Under the pieces are notes generated by a model that saw only the letters and a list, made by a program, of their open reading frames with translations, did no database searches and was not told the DNA's origin. A stretch of 64,000 bases of DNA from Candidatus Berkelbacteria bacterium. Lineage in GTDB: Bacteria > Patescibacteriota > UBA1384 > JACPKC01. Location of the stretch: contig JACPKC010000010.1 in assembly GCA_016187225.1 (NCBI GenBank), positions 234,283 through 298,282 of the forward strand, read 5' to 3'. Each line of letters opens with the position of its first letter. Positions within the stretch are counted from its first letter, which is position 1. Below, one piece after another: positions 39,891 to 50,611 of the stretch. The position numbers and the translations under genes are program-made.

Positions 39891-42353
39891 CTATTGTTCA
39901 AGGAAAACCGCCATCGACGCCACGCCATCATCTTTTTCCTTGAAGCGCATGAGGGTAACTCCTTGAGTATTACGCCCCAAACGTTTGACAGCTCGCAAAG
40001 GCAGACGAATTGTTTGGCCATGTTTTGAAATCATCACAATTTCACCCTCATCAAGTTTGACCAACTCGGCCGCAACAACCGGACCAGTTTTTTTAGTAAC
40101 GCGTGCGGCGCGCAGGCCAATCCCACCTCTGTTTTGAAGGCCAAACTGTTCAATTTTTGTTCGTTTGCCGAAGCCATTTTCAAGCACCACAAGAACGTCG
40201 CACCCCTCCTCAACCACATCGAGCGCAATGATTTCATCTTCACCGCGCAATCGAATTCCTCGAACACCTGCGGCGCCACGGCCCATTGGCCGCGTGTCCG
40301 TCTCTTCGAACTGAATCGCTTGCCCAAGGCGCGTGATCATGAAAATTTTATCGGTGCCACGGGTGATCTTGACCCACCGCAACTCGTCATTCGGCTTGAG
40401 CCCAATTGCGATGATGCCTGATTTGCGGATATTTCGATAAGCATCAATTTCGGTTTTTTTAATACTCCCCAAACGCGTACCCATAAAAAAGTATGTGCCA
40501 GATTTTTCTTGAGCTGGACTTAATGTAATTAGAGCAGTTACCGTTTCGTCAGGCGCGATTTGAATAATGTTGACAATCGGCGTACCTTTGGCCTGACGTG
40601 AAGTTGCTGGCAATTCATAAACCTTAGAGGCAAAAAGACGACCTTTAGAGGTGAAAAATAAAATTTCATCATGAGTGTTAGCGACCCGCAGTTGCGCAAC
40701 CAGATCCTCTTCTTTGGTTGTCATGCCAACGATGCCTTTGCCGCCACGATGTTGAGTTTTATACGCCCCAATCGGGACACGCTTAATGTAATTTTCAGTA
40801 GTGAGAGCAATCACAACTTGCTCATTCGGAATTAAATCTTCGGCTGAAAACTCACCGATGGCTGTCGGGACAATCGTTGTTCGGCGATCGTCACCATGTT
40901 TTTGGGAAATTTCTTGGAGTTCATTTTTAATGATTGCCCGCACTCTCTCATTGGAACCTAGAATTAATTTCAGTGTTTCAATGAGAGTTTGTTTTTCAAG
41001 AATTTCATCCAAAACTTTTTGGCGCTCGAGACCAGCTAAGGCAACTAAGCGCATATCGAGAATTGCATTGGCTTGAATTTCGGTCAGCGAAAAATGTTCC
41101 CTTAGCGCTTGGTGTGCAGTTTCGCGCGTTTCGGCTTCACGAATTAAAGTAATGATTTCGTCAATATGATCGAGCGCGGTTTTAAGACCAAGAAGAATGT
41201 GCAGGCGTTGCTCGGTTTTTCTAAGATCGAATTCCGTGCGGCGCCGCACAACCTGACGGCGATGCTCGATGAATTCTTGAATGATATCTTTGAGTGAGAG
41301 AACGCGTGGTTGAATACCATCAACCAAGGCCAGCATGTTCACATGAAACGCGGTCTGCATAGGAGTTAATTCATAAAGCCTGTTTAAAACCTTTTTTGGA
41401 TAGGCAGTCTGTTTAAGCTCGATCACAATTCTGACGGCATCGTTGCGATCCGATTCATCGCGCAAATCTGCGATCCCTTCGATTTTTTTTAGCTTGACGA
41501 GCGTGGCGATCTTAGTGACTAAATCGGCTTTGTTGATTTGATAAGGAATAGCCGAGACAATAATTTGCTGACCGCCTGTTTTTTTCTCTTCAATTAAGGC
41601 GTTGGCGCGCATCACGATTCTGCCTCTGCCTGTGGCATACGCGGCTTTAATATCCTCACGATCATAGATTGTTCCGCCGGTTGGGAAGTCAGGTCCTTGA
41701 ATGAATTCGGTCAATTCGTCAATGGTGATTTCTGGGTTATCGATTTGAGCTGTAATGCCAGCCACGAGTTCGCGCAAATTGTGGGGCGGAATAGTCGTTG
41801 CCATTCCAACCGCGATTCCAACGGCGCCGTTGAGAAGTAAGTTTGGCACTCGGCTGGGAAGATATTTTGGCTCTAAAAGCTCGTTATTGTAGTTTGGAAC
41901 AAAATCGACTGTTTCTTTTTCGATATCGGCCAGCATCTCTTCGGCCAAAGGCGCCATGCGCGCCTCAGTATAGCGCATCGCCGCCGGTGAATCACCGTCC
42001 ATCGAGCCAAAGTTACCTTGCCCATCAACGAGCTGATAACGCATCGCAAAATCTTGCGCCATGCGCGCGAGCGTGTCGTAGGCGGCTTGGTCACCATGCG
42101 GGTGAAATTTACCTAAAACTTCCCCGACGATTTTAGCGCATTTTGTATGCTTGGTTCGGGCACGAATGCCCATTTGGTGCATGGCATAAAGCACTCGCCG
42201 ATGAACTGGCTTCATACCATCACGCACATCTGGGAGAGCGCGCGCAATAATTACGCTCATAGCGTAGTCGAGATAGCTCTCGCTCATTTCAAGCGCGATG
42301 CTTCGCGACTCTACTTGCCCGATATTTGGATCGATGGATTCTTCGGTCATCAT
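39891..42353 (-). CDS. gyrA: DNA gyrase subunit A
   Basis: ALPDVRDGMKPVHRR, AAMRYTE, GyrA-box QHRGGKG. Confidence 0.98.
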   Translation of the reverse strand: MMTEESIDPNIGQVESRSIALEMSESYLDYAMSVIIARALPDVRDGMKPVHRRVLYAMHQMGIRARTKHTKCAKIVGEVLGKFHPHGDQAAYDTLARMAQDFAMRYQLVDGQGNFGSMDGDSPAAMRYTEARMAPLAEEMLADIEKETVDFVPNYNNELLEPKYLPSRVPNLLLNGAVGIAVGMATTIPPHNLRELVAGITAQIDNPEITIDELTEFIQGPDFPTGGTIYDREDIKAAYATGRGRIVMRANALIEEKKTGGQQIIVSAIPYQINKADLVTKIATLVKLKKIEGIADLRDESDRNDAVRIVIELKQTAYPKKVLNRLYELTPMQTAFHVNMLALVDGIQPRVLSLKDIIQEFIEHRRQVVRRRTEFDLRKTEQRLHILLGLKTALDHIDEIITLIREAETRETAHQALREHFSLTEIQANAILDMRLVALAGLERQKVLDEILEKQTLIETLKLILGSNERVRAIIKNELQEISQKHGDDRRTTIVPTAIGEFSAEDLIPNEQVVIALTTENYIKRVPIGAYKTQHRGGKGIVGMTTKEEDLVAQLRVANTHDEILFFTSKGRLFASKVYELPATSRQAKGTPIVNIIQIAPDETVTALITLSPAQEKSGTYFFMGTRLGSIKKTEIDAYRNIRKSGIIAIGLKPNDELRWVKITRGTDKIFMITRLGQAIQFEETDTRPMGRGAAGVRGIRLRGEDEIIALDVVEEGCDVLVVLENGFGKRTKIEQFGLQNRGGIGLRAARVTKKTGPVVAAELVKLDEGEIVMISKHGQTIRLPLRAVKRLGRNTQGVTLMRFKEKDDGVASMAVFLEQ

Positions 42354-42356
42354 TGC

Positions 42357-44351
<1,995 letters not shown>

Positions 44352-44427
44352 TCACTATTAACAAAAGAAGCTTCTAACTTCTTTTAATTATTATAACACT
44401 TTTTACAGGAGTAAGGAAGGGGAAAAG

Positions 44428-45762
44428 TCAAAATTTAACCGTGGCATCAGTCGATAAAAGCGCGTTGAAAACTGTTCGGTCACCTACACTAACTTCGAGC
44501 GCCTCTGCCAGCGTGCCGGATTGTTTTTGATAAAACAAACTCTGCCGATTTTGATCTAACTTCACTAAATATTCTAAAACAAGTTGACTCGTGGCGCCCG
44601 GTTCAGTGTCCACATGAGTGCCGAAAACGGTTTTATTGAATGCAGGTTCAATGTTGATCTGGTCGAAGCGGTCACTGCCATTAAATGTCGCCGAAATCAG
44701 TTTAGCGTTGCTGGGAACAACGATACGCAAGTAGTTATTATTCGTGTGATCAGGCCAAACGCCAGTGCCTTGATGGGTACGCTCAATTATAACGCGATGG
44801 TAAAGTGTTTCATTTGTTTCGAGTTCGATTTTTACAGTTGTTTTTTGACTAACATTTAAACTGCTTTTTTGACCGCCGACATTGGCGTTGAACAGCGCAA
44901 GATAATCCCCCTTTGTTTCTGAAATTGCCCCACCCCAGTTAGCGGCCAAAATGTTTGCTTCAACGTTTTCATCGGTGTGATACAACTGAATCTGACGCTC
45001 GTTGAGTTCTTGTTGAATAAAAGCGGGCAAACGCACAAGCACATTCGCTTGCTTGAGACGCGAGATAAAAGTCGGAATCAGTTCCTTGATGACAGTTTTG
45101 GGTTCATTTTGTTGACGTTGAACAGGATCGTAAAAATATTCTTTCTCGATTATATAATGGAGCGTGGTGAAAAAATTTTCCGCTTTAAGTTCATCGCCCG
45201 TCGGCAGAGGAATGGACCCGATGATTTTGAGTAAATCTTGAGCGACAGTGGCGTTAATTGCAATGACACCATCGACCGCCTCCCCGCCTTCTTGTTTATA
45301 GAACCAGCTGACCCGTTCCGCGGATGAGCGGAAATCAATGTCCCAGTTACTGTCGCGCATAGCCAGACGGTCATTGGTAGCCACTCCTTTAAGCGGCTCG
45401 GGTGGCGAAATTGCCACTCTTTCAGTAAAAGCGTTATCGCGTTTATAGATATTGGTGTCGACCACAAGATTTTCGTAACCACTCGCGGTAATGTCGAGAG
45501 TTGCAAAACTCCCGATAAACCCCCCACTCGGCCTCTGCTCGGCATTGTTTTGGAATAAAACCAAGTAGTGACCAGGTGGGATCATTTGTTTTAAGCGCCA
45601 GAGCCCTAAAAAATCGTCGGCGAAGACTAAAGACGCACTGCTCACGCCAAGCGCAAGAATACCGAACGCCAACCAAAATTCCCGCCAATTCTTTTTGGTT
45701 TCTGTTTTAACATATCGTTTAGTCGACTGAATCCCATCAATAAATACCTTCGATGATTTCAT
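44428..45762 (-). CDS. DUF4012 domain protein
   Basis: YLVLFQNNAEQRPSGGFIGSFA, RDSNW, ANVGGQKS, QKQSG. Confidence 0.85.
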   Translation of the reverse strand: MKSSKVFIDGIQSTKRYVKTETKKNWREFWLAFGILALGVSSASLVFADDFLGLWRLKQMIPPGHYLVLFQNNAEQRPSGGFIGSFATLDITASGYENLVVDTNIYKRDNAFTERVAISPPEPLKGVATNDRLAMRDSNWDIDFRSSAERVSWFYKQEGGEAVDGVIAINATVAQDLLKIIGSIPLPTGDELKAENFFTTLHYIIEKEYFYDPVQRQQNEPKTVIKELIPTFISRLKQANVLVRLPAFIQQELNERQIQLYHTDENVEANILAANWGGAISETKGDYLALFNANVGGQKSSLNVSQKTTVKIELETNETLYHRVIIERTHQGTGVWPDHTNNNYLRIVVPSNAKLISATFNGSDRFDQINIEPAFNKTVFGTHVDTEPGATSQLVLEYLVKLDQNRQSLFYQKQSGTLAEALEVSVGDRTVFNALLSTDATVKF

Positions 45763-46391
45763 GTAAGCTGTTGTTTAACAGGCGCCACGGAAGCAGTGAT
45801 AAGAAAGATGAAAATCGTGATAAAAATACCGCTTGTCAGGCCGAGACCGAGCGCAAAAGGCAGACTCTGGGAATTCTTGGTTACCAAAACATCGCCAGTG
45901 ATCAGACTAAAGTCTTTATAGAAACCCTGACTCTGAAGTGTTTCTAGGCGTGCCGTCACAACTGATTTGATTGCTGTCAATATCCGGTTAACTTCTTGCT
46001 CATCTAACCTGTTTAACATCACCTGTAAACCAAGTCGACCCTGGGATTTAATCTCAAGCATTCGGCTTAAACTCCTGATAGTTTGATTAGCGGACGATGC
46101 TCGCGCTTCTACTAAAATCGTATTCACTGTTGCTGGATCTTTAAGCCAACTAGCAAGGTAGTCCGACAAGAATCCACTCCCCTGCAGACTATAAAATTCT
46201 CCGTACTCATAAAAATCGGCACTCGTCGGCGCTGATTGGGGAGCTTGAGCGACCGAAAGAAAAAGGCTCCCTTCAAAGCGCGGCTTTTGATTAAAAGATA
46301 AGAGAACAATGCTTAAAAATGTTAGACAAAAAACACCTAAGTACAATGTCAGATGTCGCCTTAAAAGCGTTACATATAGATCAAGATCCAT
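45759..46391 (-). CDS. Wzz/CpsC-like chain-length or capsule membrane protein
   Basis: Two terminal TM helices with an external loop, MDLDLY..LLRRH start; in glycan locus. Confidence 0.6.
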   Translation of the reverse strand: MDLDLYVTLLRRHLTLYLGVFCLTFLSIVLLSFNQKPRFEGSLFLSVAQAPQSAPTSADFYEYGEFYSLQGSGFLSDYLASWLKDPATVNTILVEARASSANQTIRSLSRMLEIKSQGRLGLQVMLNRLDEQEVNRILTAIKSVVTARLETLQSQGFYKDFSLITGDVLVTKNSQSLPFALGLGLTSGIFITIFIFLITASVAPVKQQLT

Positions 46392-47517
46392 TTTTGCTCC
46401 TTTGTTGAGAAATTAAATTTTCTACTATCTGCATAACAGATTGAGTAAAGATCGAAACATCGAATTGCTTAACGTGCTCTCGGATTCGTTTTTGATTATA
46501 CCGCTTTTCGTCAAATTGATTGAGGATGCCTTTGAGCGCGGCAGCCGATTGTTCATAAAAGAACTCGCCGGTAATGCCGGGTAAAATCGATTCAAGCGCC
46601 CCGCCTTTTCCATAGGCAATTACCGGCCGGCCGGCCGCCATTGCTTCAAGAGGTGTAATGCCCGCATCTTCCTCGCCTGGGAAGATGAAAGCACGTGCCT
46701 GGGCGTAGAGCGCGGGTAAGGCTTGATCCGATACACGACCAAGAAATTCAATTGTCGGCGCCGACCGATACTTGGTCTTATACTCACTTAACATACTCCC
46801 GTTGCCCGCGACTTTAAGAGGAAGCTTGAGGTCGGCGCAGGCTTCGAGAACCAAATCGACTCTTTTGTATGGCTCAAGACGCGTTAAAATCAAAAAATAA
46901 TCCTGAATTTTTGCCGATAGTGCGAATTTTTTCAATTCAACAAACGGAAAAATTATTTTTTCAGGCGATCGATCATAATAGCGTCGCATTTGTCGAGCAA
47001 CATTGGTGGAATTGGCAATGTAGGCATCGGGTTTTTGAGCGGCAAGGTAATCCCAACGCTTGATCCAGCTTAAGACAGGCTGAACGAATGGGCGAATATA
47101 AAATGGAATTGGCGCATCCCTCACATACTCATTGCGCACCGACCAGAGGTAGCGAGTTGGAGTGTGTAAAAAGCAAAGGTGAGGAATATTTTTAGAAACA
47201 TTGACGCCTTTTGCAAAGGCGGAAGAATCCGAAAGGACCAAATCGACATCGGCTGGCAGCTTGATATGTTCAGTTGCCCAAGGCATGAGGGGCAAATGCC
47301 ATTTATAGTATTGTTTTGAGAACGGCAAATTTTGCAGAATAGAAGAGATGATCTGACGATCGCCGAAGGCGTCTTTCATTTTAAGTGGATCGTAAATGAG
47401 AGTATAAATCGGAGCGTCGGGAAACATCTGGGTAAATTGTTCGAGGATGCGTTCTCCGCCACCATACTGCGTCAAAAATTCATGCACCAACACCACTTTA
47501 AGCGGACGGGTTTTCAC
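46381..47517 (-). CDS. Glycosyltransferase family 4
   Basis: Start GTG 47517 overlapping upstream TGA; HEFLTQYGGGER, EDAGITPLEAMAAG. Confidence 0.92.
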   Translation of the reverse strand: MKTRPLKVVLVHEFLTQYGGGERILEQFTQMFPDAPIYTLIYDPLKMKDAFGDRQIISSILQNLPFSKQYYKWHLPLMPWATEHIKLPADVDLVLSDSSAFAKGVNVSKNIPHLCFLHTPTRYLWSVRNEYVRDAPIPFYIRPFVQPVLSWIKRWDYLAAQKPDAYIANSTNVARQMRRYYDRSPEKIIFPFVELKKFALSAKIQDYFLILTRLEPYKRVDLVLEACADLKLPLKVAGNGSMLSEYKTKYRSAPTIEFLGRVSDQALPALYAQARAFIFPGEEDAGITPLEAMAAGRPVIAYGKGGALESILPGITGEFFYEQSAAALKGILNQFDEKRYNQKRIREHVKQFDVSIFTQSVMQIVENLISQQRSKNGS

Positions 47518-48962
47518 GCCGCTTTCCTTGTGCGTGAACGCAAAAGCGACATCGGAGTGCGCAAAAGAATAATTAGGTCTTGCCAAAAAGACCAGCGCTC
47601 AATGTAGCCAATATCAAGCCGTGCCTCATCATCGAAATCCAAATCTGAACGACCGGAAATTTGTGCAAGCCCGGTAATGCCGGGTTTAATAGTAAAGAGC
47701 TTTTCTTGCCAAGGCTGATACAGAGCAACTTCACGCGGTTGATGCGGGCGCGGGCCGACCAAGCTCATCGTGCCAAAGAAAACATTAAAGAACTGCGGAA
47801 ACTCATCAAGGCTGGTTGTGCGTAAAAATTCTCCAATCGGGGTCAAGCGTGGATCATTGGCAACCTTATACACAGCGCCTTTGCGACTGTTTTGTTTTTG
47901 GATAAGTTGGCTTTCATATTGAAGCGCCTGTTTGCCGCCATAACTGTCGCCAGTGCAATACTCGATACGCATTGTTCGAAACTTATAGGTTTCAAAATGC
48001 TGTTTATCCTGACCAACCCGCGTATTTCGATAAATAATCGGTCCGGGGGAGGTGATTTTGACTGCGAGTGCGGTCAACAACATGATTGGTGAGACAAAAA
48101 TTAACACGAACAAGGAGCCGATAAAGTCAAAAATGCGCTTCGCAACCCTACCCCACCCTTGAAGTGGTGTGCGTAAGACCTCAATAATTGGGATGCCTGC
48201 CATTGTTTGATAACTAAAATTTGTCGTGTGCACGCCAACGATATTAGGCGTGAGGCGAAGATCAATTCTTTTTTGGTTTGTTAATGCTAGCAATTTCAAC
48301 ATCTCTTTATCGTGAATACGTGTCGTCGCGATGATTAGTTCGTCGGGTTGATAGTGGTCAAGGATGCGTTCTGAATCCTCGAATGCGCCGAGGCATTTAC
48401 CGAGTGGTGTAGTTTGCGAGTGAGTGTGTTCGGCAATCGCAATGTGCCCCAAATAGACGTAACCTAAACGCGTATTGACAGTGATTTCTCGAACGATCTG
48501 ATAGGCTAAATCATTTGCGCCAATTACAATCACGCGATGCACGCCAACGTTATATTTATAAAGAGCTCTGCGAATCCAGTTTAAGATCGAACGGCCAAAG
48601 ATTACAAAAAGAAGCGATAAGAGGTAGGCATATAAAAGAATAACTCGCGAGCCGATCCGGGTATCGGTGACAAAAATCGCGGCCGTAAAAAGTAAAGCTC
48701 CAAGCGACGTGCCTAAAAAGATGTCCGCAAATTCATCCAGACCCCGCCGTCCGCTCTCGGCCGAATAAAGCCCTTCGAGAGCATAAATTAGAATCCAAAT
48801 TGGCAAGAGTGTCAAAATGAAAGTTAGATATTCGGGTAAAGATAAAATGTAGATTACTTCATTTTGTGTACGCAAAAAGTAAGCAAACAGAAAAGCGCTC
48901 AAAACCATGACGGCATCGAGCGGAATAAGAAGAACACTAAAAAAGAGCTCTGATCGTTTCAT
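47514..48962 (-). CDS. Priming undecaprenyl-phosphate sugar transferase (WcaJ/WbaP family)
   Basis: KRIFD, KFRTM, DPRLT, SLDEFPQF, MSLVGPRP, KPGITGLAQISGR. Confidence 0.94.
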   Translation of the reverse strand: MKRSELFFSVLLIPLDAVMVLSAFLFAYFLRTQNEVIYILSLPEYLTFILTLLPIWILIYALEGLYSAESGRRGLDEFADIFLGTSLGALLFTAAIFVTDTRIGSRVILLYAYLLSLLFVIFGRSILNWIRRALYKYNVGVHRVIVIGANDLAYQIVREITVNTRLGYVYLGHIAIAEHTHSQTTPLGKCLGAFEDSERILDHYQPDELIIATTRIHDKEMLKLLALTNQKRIDLRLTPNIVGVHTTNFSYQTMAGIPIIEVLRTPLQGWGRVAKRIFDFIGSLFVLIFVSPIMLLTALAVKITSPGPIIYRNTRVGQDKQHFETYKFRTMRIEYCTGDSYGGKQALQYESQLIQKQNSRKGAVYKVANDPRLTPIGEFLRTTSLDEFPQFFNVFFGTMSLVGPRPHQPREVALYQPWQEKLFTIKPGITGLAQISGRSDLDFDDEARLDIGYIERWSFWQDLIILLRTPMSLLRSRTRKAA

Positions 48963-49010
48963 GGCACTCTTTATACATTAATGATAGCAGAATTCTCCAG
49001 GTTTTCACAC

Positions 49011-49038
49011 AAAAGAACCCGCCTGGGCAGGTTCTTTT
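49011..49038 (-). terminator. Intrinsic terminator downstream of small gene
   Basis: AAAAGAACC(C)GCC-TG-GGCAGGTTCTTTT hairpin with A/T tails. Confidence 0.65.
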
Positions 49039-49058
49039 ATTCACAAAGCCAGCTTTGT

Positions 49059-49277
49059 TTACTGCTGTTGAATTCTTTTTAACATTGGCAAGCCAGTCCT
49101 AGCATTTTCGATGACATCATATCCATCCGGCAAATCCTCGATTGGATCGCCTTTAGCATTTTGAGAATCGCGCGAAAAATAGAAAATTCGTTGTTGGCGC
49201 CCACCTCGCAAGGTTACCTCTTTACTGTAGAGGTAATATGTATCACCTGTTTTTTTTGATTGTACCGCGTATGGCAT
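49059..49277 (-). CDS. Small conserved hypothetical protein (72 aa)
   Basis: GGAGGTG RBS, own TTGACA-16-TATAGT promoter (49346-49319), terminator; YYLYSKEVTLRGG...IFYFS...NARTGLPMLK. Confidence 0.8.
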   Translation of the reverse strand: MPYAVQSKKTGDTYYLYSKEVTLRGGRQQRIFYFSRDSQNAKGDPIEDLPDGYDVIENARTGLPMLKRIQQQ

Positions 49278-49367
49278 GGAACCCTTCACCTCCTCCCACT
49301 CCTTATGAAACTTGTTTTACTATACGTATTCGACTTCGAGTGTCAATCGAGAAGGTGTGGAAAGCTT

Positions 49368-49441
49368 TGGTTCCGGGAGAAGGATTCGAACCTTCGTACC
49401 CACCTCCAAAGGGTGGTGTCCTGCCGTTAGACGACCCCGGA
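49368..49441 (-). tRNA. tRNA-Gln(TTG)
   Basis: TCCGGGGTCGTCTAACGGCAGGACACCACCCTTTGGAGGTGGGTACGAAGGTTCGAATCCTTCTCCCGGAACCA. Confidence 0.96.
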
Positions 49442-49488
49442 TGATTCTTTATTATCCTACCAAAAACCCGTCGGATGACGGGAGTTTG

Positions 49489-49835
49489 GCGCACACAAGA
49501 TTCATAAGCCGGGTTCTGTTTCGCCGGTGGCGAAGGCAGTTATCTATCTACGCGTTCGGACTCGTGGACATCCCTGCGAGTCGCAGGTTTGACGACGTTC
49601 GAGCCCACCGAACTTGCACCATGCAGGAGTTTTGCGCCAACTCGCCTTTTGACGAATTGTTGGGAGCTCTTACCTCCACTCTTTTCACCCTTACCCAACT
49701 ATAGGCTGGGCGGTATTGTTTCTGTGCCACTATCCCTGGCCTCACAGCCGCCCCGCTTACACGGGGTGCACTACTCTTTGGTGCCCGGACTTTCCTCACC
49801 TATTTGATTAAGAGCAACTGCCACGATCTGTGCGC
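49489..49835 (-). ncRNA. rnpB: RNase P RNA
   Basis: Universal GAGGAAAGTCCGGGC (5') and AACAGAACCCGGCTTAT (3') motifs; GCGCACA.../...TGTGCGC P1 pairing. Confidence 0.93.
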
Positions 49836-49877
49836 AATATTATATTAACATAAAAACGTATTTTGCCCAGGTTGACA

Positions 49878-50573
49878 TTAAATTTCCACACCAGGTGGGC
49901 CGACATCAGTTTGAGCCTCGACCTCACCGCTTGGATTACCTCCAGCCGGCGCCGCTGTTTTGCCTGGTTCTTTCTTTTTTTCTCCAGCTGGATTCGATGA
50001 GGGCGTATTTTCACTTTGAGGCGTATTCTCTTTGGATGCTTCAGAGGTCGTTCCAGCTGGAGTTTTGGGCTGACCAGTCTTAAAAGACTCAACAATTAAA
50101 GGAATTAAAAGCATCAGCGCAAGACCTGTTAAAGCGGCTGTGAAAACTTCCTTGGCTTCTTTTACTTTTGCCTCGTCGCCAAATGAGGAAATGTACAGAT
50201 AACCCGAGTAAATCATCATTAGAAAAGCAAGCAGGAAGAGAATCGGAAGCAAGTTTTGATAAAGTTCAGGTAAATTTTCCTCGATTGATTTTTTGGGATT
50301 AAATAATCCATTTGATGAATTGGCGTTTTTCTGGTCTATTACTGCATTGGCTACATCTTCGGCAACTTTTTCAGAAGACGTCTTAGTGGGTGATTTATCA
50401 GCGCTTTGATCTTTACTTAAAATATCATCCGTCACATTCTCTGCATTATCAGTTTCTCCATTATTAGCCTCTGTCAGATTTGAAACATTAAAAAAAATTG
50501 AGTAGGTTGCGATACTCAAGGACGCGAACGCAATTAACCCAACAAAGACTTGACGGTGCGATAATTTGCCCAT
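49878..50573 (-). CDS. CPR-type pilin-like membrane protein (TrbC/VirB2-like) with low-complexity extensions
   Basis: LAFLMMIYSGYLYISSFGDEAKVKEAKEVFTAALTGL hairpin motif. Confidence 0.7.
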   Translation of the reverse strand: MGKLSHRQVFVGLIAFASLSIATYSIFFNVSNLTEANNGETDNAENVTDDILSKDQSADKSPTKTSSEKVAEDVANAVIDQKNANSSNGLFNPKKSIEENLPELYQNLLPILFLLAFLMMIYSGYLYISSFGDEAKVKEAKEVFTAALTGLALMLLIPLIVESFKTGQPKTPAGTTSEASKENTPQSENTPSSNPAGEKKKEPGKTAAPAGGNPSGEVEAQTDVGPPGVEI

Positions 50574-50611
50574 TTTACTCCATGCATGAAGGTTATTGAG
50601 AAACCTGTCTA

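Noticed and set aside
49238-49807. ORFs overlapping 49.2-49.8 kb
   Set aside because: The region is occupied by tRNA-Gln and RNase P RNA.
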